63,991 nucleotides of DNA, taken from Patescibacteria group bacterium (GTDB lineage: Bacteria; Patescibacteriota; Microgenomatia; JAMCZE01). The notes under the pieces were generated by a model that saw only the letters and a list, made by a program, of their open reading frames with translations, did not search any database and was not told the DNA's origin. Of the stretch, positions 50,305-59,175 are shown piece by piece (the stretch's first letter is position 1; each line of letters opens with the position of its first letter). The stretch is from assembly GCA_023485845.1 (NCBI GenBank), contig JAMCZE010000014.1:1-63991 (forward strand), read 5' to 3'. A program made the translations under genes and the position numbers.

Positions 50305-50487
50305 ATGGAGCAAGTTGACAAGGCAGCCATAGAGAGACAGGCGGCAATTATGGCCGCGAGGATATATCTGTCGGAAGTGGGTAGGATTGGTGAGAGAGCA
50401 AAAAGAAATGATTTGGTTGAAATGGGCCTAAAGATCCTCGAGGAGGAAGCAAAGGCCAAAGAAAAAGGTGGGTCTAACACCGCGTAA
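50305..50487 (+). CDS. Small hypothetical protein between rpsJ and rplC
   Basis: 60-aa helical ORF starting 2 bp after rpsJ. Confidence 0.55.
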   Translation: MEQVDKAAIERQAAIMAARIYLSEVGRIGERAKRNDLVEMGLKILEEEAKAKEKGGSNTA

Positions 50488-50500
50488 CTTCCCTATCTGC

Positions 50501-50617
50501 TTGATTTTCAAGTCGTGTTTCTGTTATAATGCCTTTGCATGTTAGTTAGCCCTAAACTCACTAACTAAAGTAGTTGGATGTAGGGAGCAAGAGAGTCCCG
50601 CATCGGCGGGATTTTTT
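50501..50617 (+). promoter_or_regulatory. rplC promoter and structured leader with an intrinsic terminator (candidate attenuator/r-leader)
   Basis: TTGATT-18 nt-TATAAT, alternative stems, and gtcccgc-atcg-gcgggat followed by a T-tract 6 nt before the ATG. Confidence 0.7.
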
Positions 50618-50623
50618 AATGTC

Positions 50624-51196
50624 ATGAACACCTTTTACGGATTTAAAATGGGCCAATCACAGGACTTTGACAAGTCCAGGCGGCGCGTGCCGGTGAGCAC
50701 GATCAAAGTTGAGCCGCTGGCAGTGATCAATGCCCGGCAAGTGGCTTTTGGCCACAAAAAGCACCCCAATAAACCGCTCCAAGGAATGCTAAAAAATCTC
50801 TCCGAAAAGATTACTCCCAGATACATTAGAGAAATAAAGGAGATCGGGGACCAAAAAAAAATTATGGTGACGGACGTTTTTGCGGCCGGGGACAAGGTTA
50901 AAGTCACTGGCATTTCTAAGGGCAAAGGCTTCCAAGGTGTGGTCCATCGGCATCATTTTAAAGGCGGCCCGAAAACTCATGGCCAGTCGGACCGGCAGCG
51001 CCATCCCGGCTCCATCGGGCAGACAACTACTCCCGGTCGGGTCTACAAAGGCAAACGGATGGCCGGCCATATGGGTGCTGAGCGGGTGACCGTTAAAAAC
51101 CTGACGGTTTTTGCCGTTAAGCCGGAAGAAAATCTGCTTTTAATTCAAGGCCTGGTGCCCGGCGCAAAAAACACTTTATTAACAATTACCAAATGA
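50624..51196 (+). CDS. rplC: 50S ribosomal protein L3
   Basis: SKGKGFQG, PGSIG and KGKRMAGHMG. Confidence 0.98.
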   Translation: MNTFYGFKMGQSQDFDKSRRRVPVSTIKVEPLAVINARQVAFGHKKHPNKPLQGMLKNLSEKITPRYIREIKEIGDQKKIMVTDVFAAGDKVKVTGISKGKGFQGVVHRHHFKGGPKTHGQSDRQRHPGSIGQTTTPGRVYKGKRMAGHMGAERVTVKNLTVFAVKPEENLLLIQGLVPGAKNTLLTITK

Positions 51197-51780
51197 AAAT
51201 CTTAGAAAAACCGGTTTTGCCTAGAGAAATCTTTGCCGCTCCCGCTAAGCCGGCTTTGCTGGCTCAGGCGGTGCGCGTTTTTTTGGCTAATCAACGTCAG
51301 GGAACGCAAAGTGCTCTCACCCGGGCCGGTGTCAGCCGCACCCGGCACAAACTTTATAAGCAAAAAGGAACCGGCGGGGCCAGACATGGTGATCGCAAGG
51401 CCCCGATTTTTGTCGGTGGCGGCGTAGCCTTCGCTCCCAAACCCCGGGACTACTCGATGAGGCTCTCGGCGCCGATGAGAAAGGCTGCTCTTCACGGGGC
51501 GCTCACCCTAAAAGCTAAAAGCTCACAGCTGGTCGTGGTCTCCGGACTGGATAAGTTAACAGGAAAGACAAAAGAATTGGCAAAAACAGTGGAGAAAAAC
51601 ACCCTAATTGTGACGGACAAAATTCGGGAAAATGTCCACCGGGCGGGGCGAAACATTGCTGGGGTAACGGTTTTGCCGTTTAACCAATTAAACACCTATG
51701 AAGTTCTAAGGGCCAAAAAAATTATTCTGATGGAAGAGATTTTTGAAAAACCAAAGACACCAAAAAAGAAGACAAGATGA
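51193..51780 (+). CDS. rplD: 50S ribosomal protein L4
   Basis: KQKGTGGARHG and GGGVAFAPKPRDY. Confidence 0.98.
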   Translation: MKILEKPVLPREIFAAPAKPALLAQAVRVFLANQRQGTQSALTRAGVSRTRHKLYKQKGTGGARHGDRKAPIFVGGGVAFAPKPRDYSMRLSAPMRKAALHGALTLKAKSSQLVVVSGLDKLTGKTKELAKTVEKNTLIVTDKIRENVHRAGRNIAGVTVLPFNQLNTYEVLRAKKIILMEEIFEKPKTPKKKTR

Positions 51781-52079
51781 ACATTTTAATTAAGCCAGTG
51801 ATCACAGAAAAATCAATGCGCGACGCGGCGGCCGGTCGGTTCACTTTTGCGGCGGCAAAAGCGGCGAATAAAGCGCAGGTTGCGGCCGAGGTGGCAAAAA
51901 CTTTTGGTGTTAAAGTAGTTAATATTAAGACGATGATTATTAAGGGAAAAATTAAACACGCCGGCCGGGCGCGCAAAGAAATTCAAACCAGCGCCTGGAA
52001 AAAAGCGGTCGTGGAACTGGTCAAAGGCCAAAAAATCGATTTGTTTGATGTCACCGAAAAGGAGGCGCCCCATGCTTAA
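51777..52079 (+). CDS. rplW: 50S ribosomal protein L23
   Basis: PVITEKS, FGVKV and WKKAVV. Confidence 0.98.
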   Translation: MNILIKPVITEKSMRDAAAGRFTFAAAKAANKAQVAAEVAKTFGVKVVNIKTMIIKGKIKHAGRARKEIQTSAWKKAVVELVKGQKIDLFDVTEKEAPHA

Positions 52080-52890
52080 AAAACGCGGCGGATCATTAGC
52101 CACTAGGTTTATGACCGGTCTAAATTTCCGGACCACTCTCACCGGCGTGGCTCCGGAAAAATCACTGTTGCGGATTTTGCCAAAAACTACCGGTCGGGAT
52201 AGTTCCGGCCACATCTCTTCCCGGCATCAGGGTGGTCGCAACAAGCGATTTTATCGATTAATTGATTTTAAACGGGACAAGCTAGGGGTGGTTGGCCGGG
52301 TGGTGTCGGTGGAATATGACCCCAACCGGACAGTGAATATCTGTCTGGTCCATTATACGGACGGAGAAAAACGTTATATTCTCCATCCGGAAGGGCTAGT
52401 GGTTGGCGATACGGTGCTGGCGGGGCAGGAAGCGGAAGTGAAAACTGGCAACGCGCTGCCGATGGGAAAAATCCCCGTGGGCACGGCGGTTCACAATGTG
52501 GAGCTAACTGCCGGCCGGGGTGGGCAAATTGTCCGCGGCGCGGGCACATCGGCCACAATCTTGGCGAAAGAGGGCGATTATGTTAAAATTTCTCTTCCAT
52601 CGGGACAGTTTCGGCTGGTTAATCAGACAAATTTTGCCACCGTTGGGGTGCTGGATAACATTGAGTGGAAAAATGTCCATTTTGGCAAGGCGGGGCGCAA
52701 GCGGCATATGGGCATTCGGCCCAAAGTCCGGGGCACCGCCCAAAACCCGCGAACCCATCCGCACGGCGGTGGTGAAGGCCGCTCCGGCGAAGGACTAAAG
52801 CAGGCCAAGACGCCATGGGGCAAGCCGGCCCGAGGCAAAAAGACTCGCAAAAAAGTTAGATATAGCAATAAGTTTATTGTCCATGGCTAG
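52072..52890 (+). CDS. rplB: 50S ribosomal protein L2
   Basis: EYDPNR, GEKRYI and HPHGGGEGR. Confidence 0.99.
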   Translation: MLKKRGGSLATRFMTGLNFRTTLTGVAPEKSLLRILPKTTGRDSSGHISSRHQGGRNKRFYRLIDFKRDKLGVVGRVVSVEYDPNRTVNICLVHYTDGEKRYILHPEGLVVGDTVLAGQEAEVKTGNALPMGKIPVGTAVHNVELTAGRGGQIVRGAGTSATILAKEGDYVKISLPSGQFRLVNQTNFATVGVLDNIEWKNVHFGKAGRKRHMGIRPKVRGTAQNPRTHPHGGGEGRSGEGLKQAKTPWGKPARGKKTRKKVRYSNKFIVHG

Positions 52891-53167
52891 AAGCGCAAAA
52901 AAAGGACCCTATATTGACCAGAAACTTTTGGCCAAAGTGGTCGCGGCCAAAAACACCGGGGACCGGACACCGATTAAAACTTGGGCCCGGGCTTGTCAGA
53001 TTTCCCCGGAGTTTGTCGGAGCAACAATTGCCGTTCATAACGGTCGAGTTCATATTCCGGTTTTAATCACCGAAGCGATGGTGGGCCACCGGCTGGGGGA
53101 GTTCTCCCCGACCCGGACATTTCGCAGTCATGGCCGAATTGTAGCCCGGGTGCTTAGCAAAACTTAA
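52883..53167 (+). CDS. rpsS: 30S ribosomal protein S19
   Basis: KKGPYID and [13 protein letters not shown]. Confidence 0.99.
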   Translation: MARSAKKGPYIDQKLLAKVVAAKNTGDRTPIKTWARACQISPEFVGATIAVHNGRVHIPVLITEAMVGHRLGEFSPTRTFRSHGRIVARVLSKT

Positions 53168-53170
53168 TTT

Positions 53171-53491
53171 ATGGAAACGATTGCCACTGCCAAAAACGTT
53201 CGTCTTAGCCCGCGCAAAGCACGGCAAGTGGCGGCGGCGGTGAAAAAGCTATCGGTGCCGGCAGCCCTGGACACGCTGTTGGTGACCAGCCGAAAAGGTG
53301 TTAAACCGATTGCTAAAGTTTTAAAATCGGCCATTGCCAATTCCAAACTAAAACCGGAAGAATTAAGGATCAAAAACATTCTGGTTGATGAAGGCATGAA
53401 GATGAAACGCCGGGACTTTAGCCATCGCCCGGGCAAAGAAGGGTTAATCCAAAAACGCGCCAGTCATATAACCGTCATACTAGAAAGTTAA
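53171..53491 (+). CDS. rplV: 50S ribosomal protein L22
   Basis: RLSPRKAR, LKSAIANS and KRASHITV. Confidence 0.97.
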   Translation: METIATAKNVRLSPRKARQVAAAVKKLSVPAALDTLLVTSRKGVKPIAKVLKSAIANSKLKPEELRIKNILVDEGMKMKRRDFSHRPGKEGLIQKRASHITVILES

Positions 53492-53585
53492 AAGTTAAAA
53501 GTTAAAATGCAAAATTGCAACTCAAAATTAATAATTAAAAATTTTAATTTTAATTTTTGAATTTTGATTTTTGAGTTTTGAATTA
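53484..53585. repeat. AT-rich heptamer arrays in inverted arrangement between rplV and rpsC
   Basis: aaagtta x3, then tgcaaaa and ctcaaaa, followed by ttttaat/ttttgaa/ttttgat/ttttgag units. Confidence 0.8.
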
Positions 53586-53590
53586 ATTTT

Positions 53591-54211
53591 ATGGGTAATA
53601 AGATTCATCCTATCGGTTTTCGGTTGGGTCCAATTTACACCTGGACATCCCGGTGGTTTGCTGTCCGGGGACGTTATAAAAATTTGCTAATTGAAGACGT
53701 CAAATTGCGCCGGGCGCTGCTTGCCAAACTTAAGCCGGCGGGGGTGGCGCGGGTGGAAATTGAGCGGTCGATTAACAAGGTGAGTCTCACCTTGTTTGTG
53801 GCTCGGCCGGGCGTGGTTATCGGCCGCGCGGGGTCCGGAACGGAAGATCTGAAAAAATATGTGGCCGGAATTTTGGGCGATGCCAAGGTGGACATTAAGG
53901 TGGAACAGGTCAAAGAACCCAACCTTGATGCTTATCTGGTGGCCGTTGGCATTGCAGACCAACTGGCCCGGCGGATGCCCAGCAAACGGGTGATGAAACA
54001 AACGGTGGAGCGAGTGATGGCCGCGGGGGCCAAAGGGGTGCGAGTTCGGCTTGGCGGCCGGATTAACGGGGCGGAAATTGCCCGGGTGGAACATTTGCAG
54101 CAAGGGGTTATTCCTTTAAGTTCGATTAAAGAAAAAATTGATTTTGCCGCCGTCCCGGCGCACACCCGGTCCGGTTATGTCGGTATTAAAGTTTGGATAT
54201 GCCAGCGCTAG
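53591..54211 (+). CDS. rpsC: 30S ribosomal protein S3
   Basis: MGNKIHPIGFRLG, RPGVVIG and GRINGAEIAR. Confidence 0.99.
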   Translation: MGNKIHPIGFRLGPIYTWTSRWFAVRGRYKNLLIEDVKLRRALLAKLKPAGVARVEIERSINKVSLTLFVARPGVVIGRAGSGTEDLKKYVAGILGDAKVDIKVEQVKEPNLDAYLVAVGIADQLARRMPSKRVMKQTVERVMAAGAKGVRVRLGGRINGAEIARVEHLQQGVIPLSSIKEKIDFAAVPAHTRSGYVGIKVWICQR

Positions 54212-54612
54212 CACCAAAACGAGTTAAATATCGCAAAATGTTCAAGGGCCAACGGCCCGGCAATGCCACCCGGGGTAACACCCTGGCCTTTGGCGATTTT
54301 GGAATCATGGCCAAAACACGCGGTTGGGTCAGCAGCAAACAAATTGAATCAGCCCGCAAAGCCTTGACTCATTTCACTGCCAAAGGCGGCCGCGTTTGGA
54401 TTCGGATTTTTCCGGACAAGCCGGTTTCCAAACAGCCGCAGGATCACCGTGGCGGTGGTGGCAAAGGGGAAGTGGCGCAGTATGTGGCCGTTATTCGGCC
54501 GGGGCTAATCCTTTTTGAAATGGGTGGTTTGACACGGGAGCAAGCGATGGAAGCCATTCGTCGAGCCGGCCATAAACTATCAGTGCAGACCCGATTTATT
54601 GAAAAAATATGA
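54199..54612 (+). CDS. rplP: 50S ribosomal protein L16
   Basis: PKRVKYRK, QIESAR and WIRIFPDKP. Confidence 0.98.
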   Translation: MPALAPKRVKYRKMFKGQRPGNATRGNTLAFGDFGIMAKTRGWVSSKQIESARKALTHFTAKGGRVWIRIFPDKPVSKQPQDHRGGGGKGEVAQYVAVIRPGLILFEMGGLTREQAMEAIRRAGHKLSVQTRFIEKI

Positions 54613-54749
54613 AAAAACAAAGCAAACTAACAGTTGGAGAGATCAGGGACGCAATTATCAAAGCGCGATTGCGCAAAGACAAAAACACTAATATCGTTAA
54701 AAATTTGCGCCGTGATTTGGCGCGAGCCTTAACTTATGCAAAGTCTTAA
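54609..54749 (+). CDS. rpmC: 50S ribosomal protein L29, shortened to 46 aa (not in the ORF track)
   Basis: Own translation: MKKQSKLTVGEIRDAIIKARLRKDKNTNIVKNLRRDLARALTYAKS. Syntenic position and the RRDLARALT motif support the call. Confidence 0.85.
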   Translation: MKKQSKLTVGEIRDAIIKARLRKDKNTNIVKNLRRDLARALTYAKS

Positions 54750-55005
54750 CGGAACAGTTATCTCTAATAAGATGCTAAAAACGGTGGTGGTGGCCGTGGA
54801 TTACGTGGTCCGCCATCCCAAATATCATAAGATCATCAAACGGACCACAAAAATTCACGCTCACAACGAAAACAAAGATCTTAAAGTTGGCGATAAGGTG
54901 CAACTTGTTAAATCAAAACCATATAGCAAGACGGTTCACTTCACTGTCGTCGAAATCAAAAGTCAAAAATCAAAAGTCAAAAATTCAAGTAAAAAGCCAA
55001 AATAA
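54736..55005 (+). CDS. rpsQ: 30S ribosomal protein S17 with a repeat-derived tail
   Basis: GTVISNKM, HPKY and KPYSKT. The tail IKSQKSKVKN is encoded by the heptamers atcaaaa/gtcaaaa. Confidence 0.98.
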   Translation: MQSLNGTVISNKMLKTVVVAVDYVVRHPKYHKIIKRTTKIHAHNENKDLKVGDKVQLVKSKPYSKTVHFTVVEIKSQKSKVKNSSKKPK

Positions 55006-55006
55006 T

Positions 55007-55381
55007 ATGGTACAACGGCATACCGTTTTAAAACCAGCGGATAACACCGGCGCCCACAAATTGCGGGTGATTCATCTCTATGGTGGTTCAACCCGGAAAT
55101 TTTCCTATTTGGGAGACATTGTTCGGGCGGTGGTGGACGGGGCCGATCCTAATGGTATGGTGAAGGATTCACAAATGGTTTTTGTGGTGGTGGCCCGGGT
55201 GCGCAAAGAAAACAAACGGGCGGACGGCAGCTATATCCGTTTTGATGACAATGCCGGAGTGGTAATCACCGCCCGGGATAATAAGGACCCGATCGGCACC
55301 AGGGTTTTTGGCCCGATGGCCCGGGAACTTAAGGATGCTGGTTTTAGCAAAATTGTTAGTATGGCAAGCGAGGTGCTTTAA
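55007..55381 (+). CDS. rplN: 50S ribosomal protein L14
   Basis: ADNTGA, DGSYIRFDDNA and GTRVFGP. Confidence 0.99.
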   Translation: MVQRHTVLKPADNTGAHKLRVIHLYGGSTRKFSYLGDIVRAVVDGADPNGMVKDSQMVFVVVARVRKENKRADGSYIRFDDNAGVVITARDNKDPIGTRVFGPMARELKDAGFSKIVSMASEVL

Positions 55382-55382
55382 T

Positions 55383-55688
55383 ATGAAGCTGAAAAAAGGC
55401 GATAAAGTCAGAGTAATGATTGGCAAAGACCGGGGCAAAGAAGCCGCCGTGGAGAAAATGTGGCCAGAAGACAACCGGGTGACACTGGCAGGAATAAATG
55501 TTTATAAGCGCCATAGTAAGCCGCGCGGTGAGGGGCAAAAAGGCGGAATCGTTGATTTTGTCCGCCCGCTGCCGGTGGCTAACGTGGCTCTTATTTGCTC
55601 GAAATGCAAACAGCCGACCAGAGTCGGCTATAAGATTACCGCCAAAGAAAAAATAAGAGTTTGTCGTAAATGTGGTCAGGAAATTTAA
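55383..55688 (+). CDS. rplX: 50S ribosomal protein L24
   Basis: KKGDKVRVMIGKDRGK and PTRVGYK. Confidence 0.98.
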   Translation: MKLKKGDKVRVMIGKDRGKEAAVEKMWPEDNRVTLAGINVYKRHSKPRGEGQKGGIVDFVRPLPVANVALICSKCKQPTRVGYKITAKEKIRVCRKCGQEI

Positions 55689-55692
55689 AAAT

Positions 55693-56229
55693 ATGACTTT
55701 AAAGCAGAAATATTATCAGGAAATCAGACCAAAGCTTCAGGAGGAATTGGGTCTGAAGAATATTATGGCGGTGCCGAGGCTGATAAAAATTGTGGTTAAC
55801 GTTGGGGCGAAAGAGGCCATCGACGACAAAAAAGTTTTGGAGGCCATCAGTTCTCAGCTGGCAACAATTACTGGGCAAAAACCGATTATTCGTAATGCCA
55901 AGAAATCGGTGGCCGCTTTTAAACTGCGGGAGGGCCAGCCGGTGGGAGTTTGCGTCACGTTGCGGGGACAGCGGATGTATGATTTTATGGAAAAGCTAGT
56001 GACCATTGTCTTTCCCCGGGTGCGCGATTTCCATGGGACACCAACCACCAGCTTTGACGGCCACGGCAACTATTCCCTCGGTTTGCAGGAACAAATTGTT
56101 TTCCCGGAGATTGAATATTCGCAAATTGATAAAATACGCGGACTGGAAGTGACGATTGCAACCAGCGCCCGAGATGATGACCAAGGCATGGCTTTGTTAA
56201 AAGCCTTTGGGATGCCGTTTGTGAAGTAA
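55693..56229 (+). CDS. rplE: 50S ribosomal protein L5
   Basis: ITGQKP, FKLREG, PRVRDF and FPEI. Confidence 0.99.
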   Translation: MTLKQKYYQEIRPKLQEELGLKNIMAVPRLIKIVVNVGAKEAIDDKKVLEAISSQLATITGQKPIIRNAKKSVAAFKLREGQPVGVCVTLRGQRMYDFMEKLVTIVFPRVRDFHGTPTTSFDGHGNYSLGLQEQIVFPEIEYSQIDKIRGLEVTIATSARDDDQGMALLKAFGMPFVK

Positions 56230-56233
56230 TTAT

Positions 56234-56422
56234 ATGGCAAAGATTTCTGACATTGTTAAGTTCACTAAGAAAACGCAAAAATATCCGGTGCGGTTTAAAA
56301 ACCGCTGCAGTCTTTGTGGCCGCAGTCGGGCCTATATGCGCCGGTTTGGACTATGTCGGTTATGTTTTCGAGAGTTGGCCCATAAAGGGGAGATTCCCGG
56401 TGTGATTCGCGCATCATGGTAG
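56234..56422 (+). CDS. rpsN: 30S ribosomal protein S14 (Zn-binding type Z)
   Basis: RCSLCGR...LCRLCFRE. Confidence 0.98.
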   Translation: MAKISDIVKFTKKTQKYPVRFKNRCSLCGRSRAYMRRFGLCRLCFRELAHKGEIPGVIRASW

Positions 56423-56802
56423 TTGGCACTGATTCCATCTCGGATATGCTAACCAGAATTCGCAACGGCTATATGGCCGGCCGGGTTCAGGTTGATCTTC
56501 CGTGGTCAAAACTGGCGGAGGCCTTGGCGAAGATTTTGACAACCAATGGTTATTTGGAAAAAGTGTCCGTGGACGGGAGTACCCTGTCTTTGATATTAAA
56601 GTATAATCATAAGGTTCCGGCCGTCCTAGCCATAAATAGAGTAAGCAAACCCAGCCTGCGCGTTTATGTTCGGAAAAATAATTTGCCCCGGGTTTTAGGT
56701 GGCATGGGAGTGGCGATTATTTCCACTCCGGCGGGATTGATGACCGATAAACAAGCCCGGGAAAAAGGCCTGGGCGGCGAAGTTATTTGCGAAATAAGCT
56801 AA
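56416..56802 (+). CDS. rpsH: 30S ribosomal protein S8
   Basis: [16 protein letters not shown] and GGEVIC. Confidence 0.99.
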   Translation: MVVGTDSISDMLTRIRNGYMAGRVQVDLPWSKLAEALAKILTTNGYLEKVSVDGSTLSLILKYNHKVPAVLAINRVSKPSLRVYVRKNNLPRVLGGMGVAIISTPAGLMTDKQAREKGLGGEVICEIS

Positions 56803-56807
56803 AAATT

Positions 56808-57377
56808 ATGTCACGAATTGGCAAAAAACCAATCAAGATTCCCGAAGGCGTCAAAGTGGACGTTAATAAAACCGTGGTGACGGTGACCGGTCCAAAAGGG
56901 ACGTTGTCTTTTACTTTCCGGCCGGAAATGGAAATTAAGGTGGAGGGCGGCAATGTTTTGGTCAATCGCGTGGCAGAGACACCTAAGGCCAAAGCCTTGC
57001 ACGGTCTGTCCCGGACGCTGGCGGAAAACATGATTATGGGAGTGAGCCAGGGTTGGAACAAAGGACTGGAGTTGGTGGGTGTTGGTTATCGGGCTGCGGT
57101 GGAAGGAACAACACTGGTTTTAAATGTTGGCTTTTCCCATCCGGTGAAATTTCCCGCCCCGGCCGGGATCACTTTTGAAGTGACAGACAACACCAGAGTT
57201 AATGTCAAAGGAACAGACAAACAATTGGTGGGGGAAACCGCGGCCCAAATTCACCGGATTCGTCCGCCGGAACCATATAAAGGCAAAGGAATTAAATATA
57301 TCGGTGAAGTGATCCGGCGCAAAGCCGGTAAAGCAGCCAAGGCAGCGGGGGCGGCTGCCGGGGGAGGCGCCAAATGA
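56808..57377 (+). CDS. rplF: 50S ribosomal protein L6
   Basis: MSRIGKKP, GVGYRA and PEPYKGKGI. Confidence 0.99.
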   Translation: MSRIGKKPIKIPEGVKVDVNKTVVTVTGPKGTLSFTFRPEMEIKVEGGNVLVNRVAETPKAKALHGLSRTLAENMIMGVSQGWNKGLELVGVGYRAAVEGTTLVLNVGFSHPVKFPAPAGITFEVTDNTRVNVKGTDKQLVGETAAQIHRIRPPEPYKGKGIKYIGEVIRRKAGKAAKAAGAAAGGGAK

Positions 57378-57616
57378 GACCAAAATTGGTTGTCTTTCGA
57401 TCGAATAAATATCTCTATGGTCAAGTGAATGCTGCGGGAAAGACCGTGGCGGCCGTGGCCAAACAAACAGACCCCGCCGTTGCGGGACGGCAGCTGGCGC
57501 AGTTGGCAAAGAAAGCAAAAGTCACGGCGGTGACGTTTGATCGCAATGGCTATAAATATCACGGCAACGTTAAAAAGTTTGCTGATGGCGCCCGGGAGGG
57601 GGGCCTGGAGTTTTAA
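57374..57616 (+). CDS. rplR: 50S ribosomal protein L18 (short, 80 aa)
   Basis: RPKLVVFRSNKY, FDRNGYKYHG and AREGGLEF. Confidence 0.97.
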   Translation: MRPKLVVFRSNKYLYGQVNAAGKTVAAVAKQTDPAVAGRQLAQLAKKAKVTAVTFDRNGYKYHGNVKKFADGAREGGLEF

Positions 57617-57620
57617 AACT

Positions 57621-58076
57621 ATGAGAGCTGATTTTCATCAGGAACCAAAAGAGTTTGACGAGAAAGTCGTCCAGGTTAACCGGGTGTCCAAAAAAACGTC
57701 CGGAGGAAACAAGATTGGCTTTTCTGTTTTGGTGGTGATTGGGGACAAGAAAAACCGGGTGGGTGTTGGTTTGGGCCAAGCCCCCGATGTGCAAAGTTCC
57801 ATCCGCAAGGCCGTGGCCTATGCTAAGAAACATTTGTTAACAGTGCCGATGCGGGGAACAACGATTCCCCATGAAGTGTTGGTGAAAGTTGGCGCGGCGA
57901 GGATTTTGCTGCGGCCGGCGCCCCCGGGGTCTGGTGTCATTGCCGGCGGGGCGGTTCGGGCCGTGGTGGAAGCAGCCGGCATCCGGGACATTTCCAGCAA
58001 GGTGCTGGGGACCAATAATCAAGCAAATAACGTTTATGCGACGATGGAAGCCCTACGAAGACTTAGAAAAATATGA
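57621..58076 (+). CDS. rpsE: 30S ribosomal protein S5
   Basis: NRVSKKTSGG and RPAPPGSGVIAGG. Confidence 0.99.
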   Translation: MRADFHQEPKEFDEKVVQVNRVSKKTSGGNKIGFSVLVVIGDKKNRVGVGLGQAPDVQSSIRKAVAYAKKHLLTVPMRGTTIPHEVLVKVGAARILLRPAPPGSGVIAGGAVRAVVEAAGIRDISSKVLGTNNQANNVYATMEALRRLRKI

Positions 58077-58576
58077 CTTTAAATTCTTTACCAAAGATTG
58101 TTGACCGACCAAAGAAGCGGCTGGGCCGAGGGCACGGGTCGGGGAAAGTGAAAACTTCCGGCCGGGGAACCAAAGGGCAAAAAGCCCGGGAAACCGTCAG
58201 TTTAAAATTTGCCGGTTCCTCGCTGCAAGCCTCGTGGCTCAAGCGGCTGCCGCTGGTTCGTGGCAAAGGGAAAAATAAATCCCTGCGGGTGCGGCCGATG
58301 ATTGTGAATGTTAAATATCTTAATAGCCTTAAGGCTAACACCGAAGTCACTCTAAAATCTCTGCAGGAAGCGGGGATTGTCGGCAAAACCGTGACTCTGG
58401 TCAAAATCCTGGGTGACGGCGACCTCTCCGTCCCTCTGACCGTCAAACTCCCCTGTTCCAAAGGAGCCGTTAAAAAAATTGAAAAGGCTGGTGGGAAGGT
58501 TAGTGCCAAAGAATTTCTGCCAAATGGAGGTGATAATGGTGGACACAAAGAAAGCAAAAAACAGAACGCATCTTAA
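58073..58576 (+). CDS. rplO: 50S ribosomal protein L15
   Basis: RLGRGHGSG..TSGRGTKGQKAR, KILGDG and IEKAGG. Has an atypical extra tail. Confidence 0.98.
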   Translation: MTLNSLPKIVDRPKKRLGRGHGSGKVKTSGRGTKGQKARETVSLKFAGSSLQASWLKRLPLVRGKGKNKSLRVRPMIVNVKYLNSLKANTEVTLKSLQEAGIVGKTVTLVKILGDGDLSVPLTVKLPCSKGAVKKIEKAGGKVSAKEFLPNGGDNGGHKESKKQNAS

Positions 58577-58727
58577 GGGTGATGAAGCGAGGCATCATGA
58601 TCTGCAGAGGCTTTATGAACTAGTAGATATTCCCGGTGAGATTGATTGGGAGTCGGGCGAGAGAAAGACTTCTAGGCGGATGACTGAAACAATTCGACTT
58701 GAGAAAGCTTTACGACTTCGGGAATAG
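58536..58727 (+). CDS. Small hypothetical protein (63 aa)
   Basis: GGAGGTGA Shine-Dalgarno before the ATG at 58536. Confidence 0.55.
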   Translation: MVDTKKAKNRTHLKGDEARHHDLQRLYELVDIPGEIDWESGERKTSRRMTETIRLEKALRLRE

Positions 58728-59112
58728 TAGATTGATATTGCGTACGCTGATGAAGGCAGACATCATCCCGAACCCCCGTTTATTAATTTCGAATGGGTTA
58801 ATTACTTGTGGATTCTTCAGAAAAATTAGCAAAAGGAATTTTTTCCGGTTCAATCCCGTCCTCTTTTCCATATTCTTCCAAAATATTTTTAATTTTGTCC
58901 GGCGTTAGATTTTCGAATGTCAGCACTTGGGAAATCTGGGATTTAACCGTTACTGGTTCGCCGGAGTTTTTGAAATAGACAGTGTCACCGGCAGAAATTT
59001 TCCCCCACGGCGGCCGTTTGGTTTGATACCAGCGCGATTCAATCGTCTTCTCGCCCGACAAAATCTTAGGCAGCAGTCCCCAGGATTTCTTCATAATTGC
59101 CACATGGTCCAT
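58710..59112 (-). pseudogene. ASCH-domain protein, frameshifted
   Basis: ILSGEKTIESR..GDTVYFK. Near 58833 the frame shifts, and LLIFLKNPQVINPFEINKRGFGMMSA continues in another frame to the TAA at 58710. Confidence 0.75.
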
Positions 59113-59135
59113 GAGACAGATTGTAGCACTTTGTC

Positions 59136-59165
59136 TATCTTGCAATATCTTGCAATATCTTGCAT
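59136..59165. repeat. Three tandem 10-mers (tatcttgcaa) in the ASCH/Fic divergent promoter
   Basis: Copies at 59136-45, 59146-55 and 59156-65 (the last is tatcttgcat). Confidence 0.85.
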
Positions 59166-59175
59166 CATAAACTTG

